This document shows positions 7,924 through 17,587 of a stretch of DNA of 36,411 nucleotides, one piece after another (position 1 is the stretch's first letter; each line of letters starts with the position of its first letter). This DNA is from a virus: the IMG/VR virus record IMGVR_UViG_3300029558_000072, positions 1 to 36,411 of that record, one strand, 5' to 3'. Both the position numbers and the translations under genes were made by a program. A model generated the notes under the pieces. The model was not told where the DNA came from and did not search any database. It worked only from the letters and a program-made list of their open reading frames with translations.

Positions 7924-9399
7924 ATGCAGAACAATGACATCCGGAGCCGCGAGGAGCTCCGCACCCTCATCCAGAAGGCCGTTGCCGACAATGACCCTGC
8001 CGGCTTTCAGGCGGCCTTTGACGAAATGCTCCAGCGTGTGGGCCTGGACGTAAAGCAGGAGTATGAGCAGCAGCTTGCCGACCTTCGCCAGGAAATGGAC
8101 AGCCGCATCCTGACGGCCCGGGGCGTCCACCAGCTTACCGGCGAGGAGCACGCCTACTACCAGAAGCTGGGCGAGGCCATGAAGGCCATCGACCCCCGGC
8201 AGGCTGTGACCGGCATGGACGCCGTGCTGCCCAAGACGGTGATCGACTCCGTTTTTGAGGATCTCCAGACCAATCACCCTCTGCTGAGCCGCATCAACTT
8301 CCGGGCCACCGGCGGCGCCGTGGAGATCATGGTGAACACCAACGGCCATGAGGAGGCGGCGTGGGGCGATCTCTGCGACGACATCGTCAAGGAACTGACC
8401 TCCGGCTTTAAGAAGATCCCCGCCCAGCTGCTGAAGCTCTCCGCATTCCTACCGGTGTGCAAGGCCATGCTGGATCTTGGCCCCGAGTGGCTGGACCGCT
8501 ATGTGCGCGAGGTGCTGTACGAGGCATTCGCCAACGGCATGGAGGCGGGCATCGTGACCGGCGACGGTGACAAGAAGCCCATCGGCATGACCCGTCAGGT
8601 TGGCGACAATGTGGTGCGTTCCGGCAACGCCTATCCCGAAAAGGCCTCCGTAAAGGTGCGGGATCTCAGCCCCGCCACCGTGGGCAACCTGATCTCCCTG
8701 CTGGCGGCAGACCCCAACGGCAAGGCCCGCCGTGTGGAAAACATTCTGCTGCTGGTAAACCCCCAGGACTATTACCAGAAGGTAATGCCCGCCACTACGC
8801 TGATGGCCCCTGACGGCACCTACCGCAATGATGTGATGCCCTACCCCATGACCGTCATCCAGACCCCCGCGCTGAGCCGGGGCAAGGCAGTGATGGGCCT
8901 CTCTAACCGGTATCTGGCTATGGCGGGCACCGCGCCCAACGGCCGCATTGAGTACAGCGACCACTACCATTTCCTGGAGGACGAGCGGGTCTACCTTATC
9001 AAGGGTTACGCCAACGGTATGCCTCTGGATAACAACGCCTTCCTGCTGCTGGATATTTCCGACCTGAAGCCTGCCACCTGGAAGGTTACTCAGGTGACGG
9101 AAACCGCGCCCTCTGATGATGCCACTCTGAGCGCCCTGTCTATCGGCTCTCAGGCCCTGTCCCCCGTTTTCGCCTCCAGCACCGTGACCTATACGGCGGA
9201 GACTACCAACGCCACCAACACCGTGACCGCCGTCCCCTCTGACGCAGGCGCGGAGATCGAGGTACTGGTGAACAACCGCAAGATCGACAACGGCAGCGCC
9301 GCCACCTGGCAGACCGGCAGCAACACGGTGAAGGTCAACGTCACCGCCGCTGACGGCACCGCCAAGAAGACCTACACGGTCACCGTCACCAAGAGCTGA
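7924..9399 (+). CDS. major capsid protein (HK97 fold) with C-terminal cadherin-like/Ig-like extension
   Basis: Lies after the protease and has an N-terminal coiled delta-like region. The last ~95 aa (DATLSALSIGSQALSPVF...TYTVTVTKS) match the cadherin-like beta-sandwich pattern. Confidence 0.85.
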   Translation: MQNNDIRSREELRTLIQKAVADNDPAGFQAAFDEMLQRVGLDVKQEYEQQLADLRQEMDSRILTARGVHQLTGEEHAYYQKLGEAMKAIDPRQAVTGMDAVLPKTVIDSVFEDLQTNHPLLSRINFRATGGAVEIMVNTNGHEEAAWGDLCDDIVKELTSGFKKIPAQLLKLSAFLPVCKAMLDLGPEWLDRYVREVLYEAFANGMEAGIVTGDGDKKPIGMTRQVGDNVVRSGNAYPEKASVKVRDLSPATVGNLISLLAADPNGKARRVENILLLVNPQDYYQKVMPATTLMAPDGTYRNDVMPYPMTVIQTPALSRGKAVMGLSNRYLAMAGTAPNGRIEYSDHYHFLEDERVYLIKGYANGMPLDNNAFLLLDISDLKPATWKVTQVTETAPSDDATLSALSIGSQALSPVFASSTVTYTAETTNATNTVTAVPSDAGAEIEVLVNNRKIDNGSAATWQTGSNTVKVNVTAADGTAKKTYTVTVTKS

Positions 9400-9725
9400 T
9401 GGCGGATCGGAACAGCCTGCCGCCCGGCCTGCTGTCCGATGTGGAGAACTACCTGAACATCACCTGGAGCGATGAGGCCACGGATACCAAGGTATCCGGG
9501 CTTATCGCCTCCGGGATCGGGTACCTGGACAAGAAGGCCGGAAGCCCGCAAGACTATACAGCGGACGGCGACGCCCGGACGCTGCTGATGGAATACGTCC
9601 GCTACGCCAGAGACAGCGCCCTGGACGTGTTTGAAAACAACTATCAATCTCTCATTTTGAGTATGCAGAGCGAAAGGCGGGTGAGCGCGTATGCCATGGA
9701 AAGCGCCGTATCGCCCTCGCCGTGA
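9399..9725 (+). CDS. head-tail connector (gp6-like)
   Basis: ATGA overlap with the capsid stop, 108 aa, synteny. Confidence 0.7.
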   Translation: MADRNSLPPGLLSDVENYLNITWSDEATDTKVSGLIASGIGYLDKKAGSPQDYTADGDARTLLMEYVRYARDSALDVFENNYQSLILSMQSERRVSAYAMESAVSPSP

Positions 9726-10089
9726 CAGCGAGATCACTCAGACCTATTCCGACGGACTGGTCAAGGTCTATGCCGTTGCAGATACGGCGGCGCCGGGCTA
9801 CAAGCCTGTGGAGGGTTTGACATTTAAGGCCGCTTTGCGATACGAGGAGCGGCGTCTTGGCATCCAGCGGTATTACGAGGGACGGCAGAATCAGGCTCAG
9901 ATCGAGCGGGTGCTGCGGGTTCCACGGGTCCCCGGCGTGAGCAGCCAGGACGTGGCTGTGACGGAGGACGGCAAGCAGTACCGCATCGATCTGATCCAGA
10001 CAACAACCGACGTTTTCCCGGAAAGCATGGATCTGACGCTGCTGCGGATCGAGCAGAAATACGAGGTGCCACATGACCACCTGGTATGA
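9691..10089 (+). CDS. head closure / head-tail adaptor protein
   Basis: 132 aa, by synteny. Overlaps the previous gene by 35 nt. Confidence 0.65.
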   Translation: MPWKAPYRPRRDSEITQTYSDGLVKVYAVADTAAPGYKPVEGLTFKAALRYEERRLGIQRYYEGRQNQAQIERVLRVPRVPGVSSQDVAVTEDGKQYRIDLIQTTTDVFPESMDLTLLRIEQKYEVPHDHLV

Positions 10090-10390
10090 GCGAGTGATCG
10101 CCGCCCACCGAGCGGTGACAGACGCAGTGAGCCACGCCGTCCGGCTCAAATCCGACCGCTATTTTGTGTGGCAAGAGGACGGCAGCCATGATCTTCCCGG
10201 AGACAACGGCCACGGAGAGACCGCCGTCACCGGCACCACGGATCTGTTTACCAAATCCGAGTTTGACCCATGGGTTGAGCAGCTGGGCGAGAGTTTCAGC
10301 GCCCACGGCATTTCCTGGACGCTGAACTCCGTCCAGTACGAGGCGGACACCGGCTTTATCCACTACGAGTGGGTGTGGGAGGTGACCTAA
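10073..10390 (+). CDS. neck/tail-completion protein (hypothetical)
   Basis: 105 aa, by synteny, with overlapping starts and stops. Confidence 0.6.
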   Translation: MTTWYERVIAAHRAVTDAVSHAVRLKSDRYFVWQEDGSHDLPGDNGHGETAVTGTTDLFTKSEFDPWVEQLGESFSAHGISWTLNSVQYEADTGFIHYEWVWEVT

Positions 10391-10878
10391 TGGCAACCAT
10401 CACGTTTAAAAGCGGCGAGGAATACATTCTGAAGCTCACCCGGCTGGAAAAAGAGGCTGTGGAGAAAGTCTGCGGCCCTGCTATCCATGACGGAGCAAAA
10501 GTTGTGGCTGATGCTATCCGGGCAGAATTGCAGAACGTGCCCACAGACGAGGGCTGGGGCACGCAGGAGAATCCAGTCCGCGGACCCAAGAAAACGCAAA
10601 AGGCTGCGCTGCTGGGAACCCTGGGCATTACCTCCATGCAGAAAGACAATGACGGAATGTATAACGTCAAAATCGGTTTTGACGGGTATAACAACATTCG
10701 ATCAAAGCGCTGGCCACAGGGCCAGCCGAATCAGATGGTTGCCCGGGCCATTGAAAGCGGTACCAGTTGGATGAGCAAAAACCGTTTTGTAGGCAAGGCA
10801 GTGAGCCGGGTGAAAAAGCAGGCGCTTGCCGCCATGCAGAAACGGGCAGAGTCCGAGATCAACAAAATTATGAAGTAA
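10390..10878 (+). CDS. HK97 gp10-like neck protein
   Basis: ATG 10390 overlaps the upstream TAA (TAATG). MATITFKSGEEY... starts the protein, with ...SKNRFVGKAV... near the C-terminus (sequence ends ...ESEINKIMK), typical of the gp10 family. Confidence 0.7.
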   Translation: MATITFKSGEEYILKLTRLEKEAVEKVCGPAIHDGAKVVADAIRAELQNVPTDEGWGTQENPVRGPKKTQKAALLGTLGITSMQKDNDGMYNVKIGFDGYNNIRSKRWPQGQPNQMVARAIESGTSWMSKNRFVGKAVSRVKKQALAAMQKRAESEINKIMK

Positions 10879-10884
10879 TCGCGT

Positions 10885-10897
10885 GTCCGAATCGGAC
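10885..10897. repeat. GTCCGAWTCGGAC palindrome, copy 3 of 8 (centre A)
   Basis: Exact match in the spacer between the neck gene and the major tail gene. Confidence 0.95.
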
Positions 10898-10915
10898 CGC
10901 GAGAAAGGAGCACAC

Positions 10916-11518
10916 ATGGCAACGATTGGCTTAAGCAAGCCCTATTTCAGCGTTTACAACGCAGCCGGGACTACGGTGAGCTACAGCAAGGGTGCTGTGA
11001 TGGGTAAGGCCACCGAGGCCAACATCGAAATCGATACGACTGAGGATAACAACCTTTATGCGGACAACGGCATCGCCGAAACCGACCGCACCTTTGCCGG
11101 CGGCACGCTGACCCTCTCCACGGATGATCTGAGTCAGGAGGTCAGCAAGGCCATTCTGGGCCTGACGGAGCAGGCCATCACCGGGATTGATGGCGTGACG
11201 GACACCTCTGTAAAAGAGCTGGTCTATGACGATACCCAGGTGACCCCGTATCTGGGCGTGGGTTTCATTATCAAGAAGAAGGTCGGCGGCGTGTTTAAGT
11301 GGCGGGGCGTAGTCCTGACCAAGGTCATGTTCTCCGTGCCGGAAGATGCAGCCACCACGCAGGGCGAGTCCATCGAGTGGCAGACCCCGGAGCTGACCGC
11401 CACCATCATGCGGGATGATTCGACCACCCACATGTGGAAGCGCGAAGCGACCTTTACCACGGAGGCTCAGGCGGAGGCGTATATCAAGAATCGCCTCTCG
11501 ATCACGGTGGCAGCATGA
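10916..11518 (+). CDS. major tail protein (phi13-like)
   Basis: ATG 10916 follows GAGAAAGGAG. MATIGLSKPYF...NLYADNG... resembles phi13-family major tail proteins. Confidence 0.8.
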   Translation: MATIGLSKPYFSVYNAAGTTVSYSKGAVMGKATEANIEIDTTEDNNLYADNGIAETDRTFAGGTLTLSTDDLSQEVSKAILGLTEQAITGIDGVTDTSVKELVYDDTQVTPYLGVGFIIKKKVGGVFKWRGVVLTKVMFSVPEDAATTQGESIEWQTPELTATIMRDDSTTHMWKREATFTTEAQAEAYIKNRLSITVAA

Positions 11519-11892
11519 GAACGGCCAGTATTGAGATCGGCGGAAAAGAACATCTGTTGTGCTTTTCCGCCCGGGTGGTCCGGGCAGTAACGGAACGCTA
11601 CGGCGGCGTGGAGAACATTGATACGGCACTCTCAGCCGGTGACCCGCTCAAGGCACTGGATGAGGCGGTGTGGCTGCTGGCGACCATGATGGACGGCGGC
11701 GCCCGGTATGCCAAACTAAACGGGCTGGAAACCGCGCCTCCGTTAACAGCGGATGAGCTGCTGGACGTGATGGATCTGAACGATTTTGGCCAGCTCCGGA
11801 CAAAAATCACGGAGGCTGTGGTCTCCGGCAGAGAGACTCACGTGGAGGCGGACCCCGGAAAAAACGCGGAAACCACTCCGGCGGCCCCTTAG
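11515..11892 (+). CDS. tail assembly chaperone (G-like)
   Basis: ATGA overlap with the major tail stop. Positioned before the tape measure. Confidence 0.8.
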   Translation: MRTASIEIGGKEHLLCFSARVVRAVTERYGGVENIDTALSAGDPLKALDEAVWLLATMMDGGARYAKLNGLETAPPLTADELLDVMDLNDFGQLRTKITEAVVSGRETHVEADPGKNAETTPAAP

Positions 11893-12065
11893 CGCCGGAG
11901 TGGTTTTTGTGGTATGGAATGGCCGTCGGCCTGTCCTACACCGAGGCGCTGGATGTGCCGTTCGGAGAGCTGCTGGACTATATCGCCATTGAGCAGATCA
12001 AGCGGGAGGGTTTTGCCCCCAAGCACGCTTTGACAGATGAGGAAATTATCCCAAATGTGAGGTGA
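11515..12065 (+). CDS. tail assembly chaperone frameshift product (GT-like), -1 slip at A_AAA_AAC 11859..11865
   Basis: The heptamer is in the correct zero frame (GGA AAA AAC). The -1 frame is open to TGA 12063-12065 and encodes ...WFLWYGMAVGLSYTEALDVPFGELLDYIAIEQIKREG..., typical of T extensions. Confidence 0.75.
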
Positions 12066-12069
12066 GACG

Positions 12070-13884
12070 ATGGCGGTCGATATTGGCCCGAAAATCGGCA
12101 TTGACGGCGAAAAGGAATTTAGAGAATCCCTCCGAACCATGGGACAGCAGCTTAAAACTCTTGGTACGGAGATGAAGGCGGTGACCTCCGCTTTTGACGT
12201 TGACAATGACAGTCAGAAAAAGCTGGCGGCGCAGTCCGACGTGCTGAACCGGCAGTTGGAAGTCCAGCAGCAGCGCTTGGGCGAGGTGCAGAAGGCTCTG
12301 GACTACGCCAAGGCCAACTACTCTGAAAACAGCAGTGAGGTACAGCGGTGGCAGCAGGCTTTGAACAACGCCACCACCGATGTAAACCGCACGAAAAAGC
12401 AGCTCAACGAGCTGGAGACCGGCGTGGAGGGCGTAGGCGACGCCATGGACGGCGCCGAACAGAAAACAAGCATCTTTGGCGATGTGCTGAAAGCAAATCT
12501 GCTCGGCAATGCCATCGTCTCCGGTGTCAAGGCAGTGGCCAGCGGGATCAAGTCTCTCATCAGCGGCGCTATTGAGGGCTACGGTGAGTATGAGCAGCTG
12601 GTGGGCGGCGTGGAAACGCTGTTTGGCAGCTCTGCCGACACGGTGATCAAAAACGCGGAGACTGCCTACAAAACGGCAGGCCTTTCTGCCAACGCCTATA
12701 TGGAAACGGTGACCAGCTTTTCCGCGTCGCTGCTCCAGTCCATGGGCAATGACACGGAAGCCGCGGCTAAAAAGGCGGATCAGGCGCTCACGGATATGTC
12801 CGACAACGCCAACAAGATGGGCACGGACATGCAGTCCATCCAGAACGCTTATCAGGGCTTTGCCAAGCAAAACTACACCATGCTGGATAACCTGAAGCTG
12901 GGCTACGGCGGCACCAAGGAGGAAATGCAGCGGCTGATCGATGACGCCAACGCGCTGAACGCCGCTCAGGGCAACTACACCAATTACAGCATTGAGAGCT
13001 ATGCGGACATTGTGGACGCCATCCACACGGTCCAGACGGAAATGGGGATCACCGGCATCACGGCACTGGAGGCATCCACCACCGTGGAGGGCTCTATCAG
13101 CTCTATGAAGGCGGCATATCAGAATTTTGTCACGGGTTTGGGCGATCAGAACGCCGATATCGGCGCTCTGACCGAGGAACTGATCCAGAGCGCCGGAAAC
13201 GTGGCGAAAAACGTGCTGCCGGTTATTGAGTCCGTAGTGAAAAACATTGCAGAAACCGTAAGGGAGCAGGGGCCGGACATGATCACAAGGTTTGTGGCCT
13301 ATGCTACGGAAAAGCTGCCAGAGGTGCTGAAGCTTGGCGTCCAGCTGATCGTATCGCTGGTAAAGGGTCTGGCGCAAAACCTGCCGGAACTGCTCCGGGG
13401 CACGCTGGCGCTGGTGGATGCCATCATCAGTGCCTTTCTGGATTCCCTGCCGGACATCATTGAAGTCGGCAAGGACATCGTCCGGGGGCTGTGGGAAGGC
13501 ATTAAGGCTATGGCCAGCTGGATCGGAGAAAAGGTCTCCGGCTTTGTCGGCGGCCTCGTTGACGGCGTCAAGGGCGTGCTGGGGATCCACTCGCCCTCCC
13601 GGGTGTTTGCCGGAATCGGCCAAAATATGGCGCTGGGTCTGGGGCAGGGCTTCGAGCGGCAGATGCAGCGCGTTTCCTCCGGGATCCAGGACGCCATCCC
13701 CACGCCGACGGTGGACACCGTCTACAATGCGGCGGCTGGGATGGTCAACGGGCTGGCACTGGCCGGAGGCGGCGTCTACCGGGTGGAGATCCCGCTGTAT
13801 ATCAACGGCGTGGAATTCTACCGGGCGAGCATTGACGATCTGCGCACGGTGCAGAGATCGAATCCGGAGGTGTTGGATGACTAA
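12070..13884 (+). CDS. tail tape measure protein
   Basis: 604 aa, Ala/Gln-rich and helical, positioned after the chaperones. Confidence 0.9.
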   Translation: MAVDIGPKIGIDGEKEFRESLRTMGQQLKTLGTEMKAVTSAFDVDNDSQKKLAAQSDVLNRQLEVQQQRLGEVQKALDYAKANYSENSSEVQRWQQALNNATTDVNRTKKQLNELETGVEGVGDAMDGAEQKTSIFGDVLKANLLGNAIVSGVKAVASGIKSLISGAIEGYGEYEQLVGGVETLFGSSADTVIKNAETAYKTAGLSANAYMETVTSFSASLLQSMGNDTEAAAKKADQALTDMSDNANKMGTDMQSIQNAYQGFAKQNYTMLDNLKLGYGGTKEEMQRLIDDANALNAAQGNYTNYSIESYADIVDAIHTVQTEMGITGITALEASTTVEGSISSMKAAYQNFVTGLGDQNADIGALTEELIQSAGNVAKNVLPVIESVVKNIAETVREQGPDMITRFVAYATEKLPEVLKLGVQLIVSLVKGLAQNLPELLRGTLALVDAIISAFLDSLPDIIEVGKDIVRGLWEGIKAMASWIGEKVSGFVGGLVDGVKGVLGIHSPSRVFAGIGQNMALGLGQGFERQMQRVSSGIQDAIPTPTVDTVYNAAAGMVNGLALAGGGVYRVEIPLYINGVEFYRASIDDLRTVQRSNPEVLDD

Positions 13885-14254
13885 GCAGTTGATTTTGAAC
13901 GGGATCTTGCTGCCGGAGAGCAGCAAGGACCGGTTTTCCTGCTGGGAGGAGGATCTATCCGTGCAGGTGGACATGATCTCCGGCCGCCGGGTGGTGGAAA
14001 CCCGGGGGAAAATCTGGAAGGCGTCCTACTCCTTCGACTACATGGGCAATGAGAAACTGCGGCAGGTGCTGGCGGTGCTGCGGAGCGGCGGCCCGTTCCT
14101 CGCCTCCGTGCTGCCGGATGACCGGGACGAGATGGTTTCCAGCTATTTCCTGCTGGATTCCATCACCCAGCCCACGTTCGCCTTCTCCAAGGGCGGCGTG
14201 GGACTGTGGCACAATCTGGCGTTCACCCTCCGGGAGGTGGAGCCGCATGATTAA
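13877..14254 (+). CDS. distal tail protein-like
   Basis: ATG 13877 overlaps the tape-measure end. 125 aa, by synteny. Confidence 0.65.
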   Translation: MTKQLILNGILLPESSKDRFSCWEEDLSVQVDMISGRRVVETRGKIWKASYSFDYMGNEKLRQVLAVLRSGGPFLASVLPDDRDEMVSSYFLLDSITQPTFAFSKGGVGLWHNLAFTLREVEPHD

Positions 14255-16475
14255 GACGTCTCCCGCCTATCAGGCGGCCATCGTGGGCAGTCCCCGGCGG
14301 ATCGAGCTGCTGACGGTGGTGGATATCTCCGACCCGGACATGGCCTACGGCGAGGTAACCTCCAGCGGGCTGGCCCCGTGGAGCAAGCCCGAGGAGCTGC
14401 ATGACAAGAGCTACGACACCCCGGCCCGCTACGCCACGCTGGAGCGGGGGCGGTGGCTGCTGGACGGCTCCTTTGACATCTTCCCGGACGACTTCAAGGT
14501 GGAGGCCCCGATGGCAGTGGCCACGGAGGCCATCAGCGGAGACGACGGCACCTTTGCAGAGCCGGTATGGGTGCAGCAGAGTTTCTCGGATGTGGATGTG
14601 CTTCAGGCGTGCAGCGTGTTTTTCTCCACGGATCCGCTGGACGGCGTCCCGGCTGATTTCACGGTTGAGATCATCACGGCGGGGCAGGTATTCCACACGG
14701 AGCGGTTCACCGGCAACACGGCCACGGAGGTAGCCGTCACCGGCTTTACGGTGCAGACGCCGGATGCCATCAAGGTCACGGTGAGCAAGTGGAGCCTGCC
14801 GGGGCGGCGGATGCGTCTGGTGGAGATCCTCCCCGGAACCGTGGAGCGCTGGGCGCCCCGGATGCTGGCCAGCTTCTCCGTGGTGCAGCAGGGGGACTTC
14901 TCCTGTCTGGCGCTGCCCTACGGCAGCATGAGCCTCGCTATGGACAACGCCGACCGGCGCTTTGAGCCGCGAAGCAAAAACGGATTGTTTCAATCCATTG
15001 AGGAGCGGCAGGGCATTGACGCCTTTATCGGCGTCCGCACGGACACCGGCGCGGTGGTGCGATGCAAGGTGGGCCGGTTTTATCAGTCCGGGGACGGCTG
15101 GAAAACCGGCGACAACAGTCTGACCATGCAGTGGTCCCTCGTCGATATTATCGGGCTGCTGACGGACCGCACCTTTCTGCCCCCTTCTCCGCTGCCCACG
15201 ACGCTGGGCGGCTGGATCGGGGCACTGGCGGCCCAGCTGGGCGTGAATTTCAAGGACCGCTGGCACGTTGACCCGGCCTACACGGCTCTGCCGGTGACGG
15301 TGCGCACGGCAACGGACATTCAGGGGAAAAAGTGCGGGGACATCCTTCGGTGGGTGTGTCAGGCAACGGGCACATGGCCCCGGGCGGACGCCTCCACCGG
15401 AGATCTGACCGCTGAGCCTCTCTGGCGGGAGGGCAATAAGATCACGCTGGACAACCTGACGGCCTATCCCGTGATGAAGGCCAATGACCAGTTGGCCAGC
15501 CTGATTTTCAAGCTGGCGGACGGAAACAATACGGAGTATGTGGTTTCCGGCAACTCTACCAGCAGCGAGAAAACCGTGACCATCCAGAACCCCTTCCTGC
15601 ACACCACGGCGCAGGCGCTGGCAGCGGCGCGGCTGATCCTTTCGTGCTACGGCGGCAACGTGATCGAGACCACCGGGCGGGGCGACCCGTCCAGCGAGAT
15701 CGGGGACGTGGACACCATCTGGCTGGATGAGAGCCAAGCCACCACGGCGCGGCGGATGATGCAGAGCTTCCAAATGCAGAACGGCGTGCTGCAAGGCTGC
15801 CAGAGCAAGCTGCTACAGGCAGACGGCTCCTATCTCTATTCCCGCTCCGTGGTGCTGACGGAGAGCGGGACGTGGACGGCCCCTGCCGGAGTCACCCACC
15901 TGCGGGTGACCGTGGGGCAAGGCGGTCAGGGCGGCGGCTACGGCACCGACGGCTATGTGTACGGCTCCGGCTGGATGCCGGGGCAGGGCGTTGCTGCCGG
16001 ATACGGCGAGGACGGCGAGGACGGCATCGGCGGAAAAGTCTGGTACGATTCCCTTACCATCAACGCGGGACAGACCTTCGCCGTGACCATCGGCAAGGGC
16101 GGCGCGCCAGCCACCCGGAAGGGCGCGGCGGGGGCTGAGGGCGAGGAGAGCACCTTCGGGGTTTACTCCTCCGCCAACGGCAAGCGCTACGCCAACGGCT
16201 ACACCGACATCAACAGCGGCGACAGCTACGCCCGGACCGGCGTGGCAAAGCCCCTGCCGGGAACTGGCGACGGCGCTGCCGGCGGCAAGGGCGGCGATCC
16301 GGGGCAGGGCTACTGGAAAAAATACACCGTCAGGCCGAACCCTGCGAAGCCGGATGTGGTGAACACCAGCTATAAATTTATTATTACGAAACAGCCAGGG
16401 CCGGGGCATTCGGGGAAACCCGGCGGTGACGGCTTTGTGCTGATTGCATGGGACAAAGCGGAGGAGACGGCATGA
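14247..16475 (+). CDS. tail-tip/baseplate hub-like protein with C-terminal glycine-rich domain
   Basis: ATG 14247. 742 aa. The C-terminal ~200 aa read TAPAGVTHLRVTVGQGGQGGGYG...GGDGFVLIAW. Confidence 0.75.
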   Translation: MIKTSPAYQAAIVGSPRRIELLTVVDISDPDMAYGEVTSSGLAPWSKPEELHDKSYDTPARYATLERGRWLLDGSFDIFPDDFKVEAPMAVATEAISGDDGTFAEPVWVQQSFSDVDVLQACSVFFSTDPLDGVPADFTVEIITAGQVFHTERFTGNTATEVAVTGFTVQTPDAIKVTVSKWSLPGRRMRLVEILPGTVERWAPRMLASFSVVQQGDFSCLALPYGSMSLAMDNADRRFEPRSKNGLFQSIEERQGIDAFIGVRTDTGAVVRCKVGRFYQSGDGWKTGDNSLTMQWSLVDIIGLLTDRTFLPPSPLPTTLGGWIGALAAQLGVNFKDRWHVDPAYTALPVTVRTATDIQGKKCGDILRWVCQATGTWPRADASTGDLTAEPLWREGNKITLDNLTAYPVMKANDQLASLIFKLADGNNTEYVVSGNSTSSEKTVTIQNPFLHTTAQALAAARLILSCYGGNVIETTGRGDPSSEIGDVDTIWLDESQATTARRMMQSFQMQNGVLQGCQSKLLQADGSYLYSRSVVLTESGTWTAPAGVTHLRVTVGQGGQGGGYGTDGYVYGSGWMPGQGVAAGYGEDGEDGIGGKVWYDSLTINAGQTFAVTIGKGGAPATRKGAAGAEGEESTFGVYSSANGKRYANGYTDINSGDSYARTGVAKPLPGTGDGAAGGKGGDPGQGYWKKYTVRPNPAKPDVVNTSYKFIITKQPGPGHSGKPGGDGFVLIAWDKAEETA

Positions 16476-17587
16476 GTTTTGATTATGCAAGCCTTATCAC
16501 AGACCGGGCGCGGTCCGATTCGGACACCCTCAAGGCGCTGCTGAAAAAGCCCCTGACCGACTGGACGGAGGCGGAGCGGACGGCCTTTAATACCGCTATG
16601 CTCAAGGGCAGCTACGACTACACCGACCTCAACCGGGTGGACGCGTGCATGGAGGATCTGGTGGCTCGGCTGGGCAGGATAGGCTACAGCGTGCCGGGGT
16701 ATCAGCGGGTGAAAATTGAGCGGGCGGTGACGCCCAGTTCCCGTCTGCCGGAGGGGTATGCGGAAGTGCAGTATATCCAGAGCACGGGAACGCAGTATGT
16801 CGATACCGGGTTCAAGCCAAACCAAGATTCGCGTGTACTCATAAAACTATCTACGTCAGAAACCGGTAGCCATACAGTGTTTGGGGCAGATCTTGGTTGG
16901 ACTGATGATGGCTTTGCGCTTGGCGTTGGATTCACCCATTACGGAAAAGAAACCGGAACGATTTCCGGGTTGAATAATGGATCTCCGCATGAGGTCAGTT
17001 TTAACAAAAACATTATCTCTATGGACGGATCACCTGTTCTGACTATGGGGGGTTCAACATTTTCCGTCCCACACAATCTGGCACTTTTTGCAAATAACCG
17101 CGCCGGGGGGATTCAGGAAAAAACAACGATGGTGCTCTATTATTGCCGGATTTATGACGGAAATACCATTATTCGGGACTATATCCCCTGCAAAAACGCT
17201 GCCGGGGCGGTGGGGCTGTACGATCTGATCGGGCAGAAGTTTTACGGCAACGCCGGAACCGGCAGCTTCACGGCGGGGCCGGCGGTGACGGGGGACACCC
17301 CGGAGGAACCGACGGACACGCTGGACCCGTACACGTGGTATGAGAGCGATGTGCCGACGGTGTCCCTGTTGGCCCGCTATCGGGACAACGTGGCGGCGGT
17401 GCGGGGGGTGCTCCGGCTGCCGGAGGGGACGCCGGAAGTCCCGGAAACGCTGCGAAGGATGACGCAGACGGAGGCCAACAGTATTGAGGCGGTGCTGCTG
17501 GCCGTTGACCTGATTTTGAACCATATCCCTGCTGCCGTGCGCCACTGCGGCGTGACGGTGTGCGGGGGGAAAGGAGTGAGAGCATGA
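16472..17587 (+). CDS. tail fibre / receptor-binding protein candidate
   Basis: ATGA overlap. LPEGYAEVQYIQSTGTQYVDTGF motif. The central ~400 nt are visibly lower in GC. Confidence 0.65.
   Translation: MSFDYASLITDRARSDSDTLKALLKKPLTDWTEAERTAFNTAMLKGSYDYTDLNRVDACMEDLVARLGRIGYSVPGYQRVKIERAVTPSSRLPEGYAEVQYIQSTGTQYVDTGFKPNQDSRVLIKLSTSETGSHTVFGADLGWTDDGFALGVGFTHYGKETGTISGLNNGSPHEVSFNKNIISMDGSPVLTMGGSTFSVPHNLALFANNRAGGIQEKTTMVLYYCRIYDGNTIIRDYIPCKNAAGAVGLYDLIGQKFYGNAGTGSFTAGPAVTGDTPEEPTDTLDPYTWYESDVPTVSLLARYRDNVAAVRGVLRLPEGTPEVPETLRRMTQTEANSIEAVLLAVDLILNHIPAAVRHCGVTVCGGKGVRA
16513..16525. repeat. GTCCGAWTCGGAC palindrome, copy 4 of 8 (centre T)
   Basis: Exact match 41 nt into the fibre gene, read as S-D-S-D. 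Confidence 0.95.

Noticed and set aside
7000-8349. Long antisense ORFs opposite the structural genes. Examples are 7000..8349(-), 12046..13974(-), 14223..15794(-), 20477..21154(-), 29768..30715(-) and 31243..31920(-).
   Set aside because: They are Arg/Gly/Ala/His/Pro/Leu-rich with no motifs, and they mirror well-supported + strand genes. These are typical shadow ORFs of high-GC DNA.
10883-10915. Track start MSESDREKGAH for the major tail gene, which would make palindrome copy 3 coding.
   Set aside because: The ATG at 10916 has the proper RBS and a typical MATIGLSKPYF N-terminus. The upstream codons are just the palindrome read in frame.
14049-14246. Upstream extensions of track ORFs 14049..16475 and 13418..14254.
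   Set aside because: They overlap better-supported upstream genes in other frames. Internal ATGs at 14247 and 13877 give the usual ATGA-type coupled starts.
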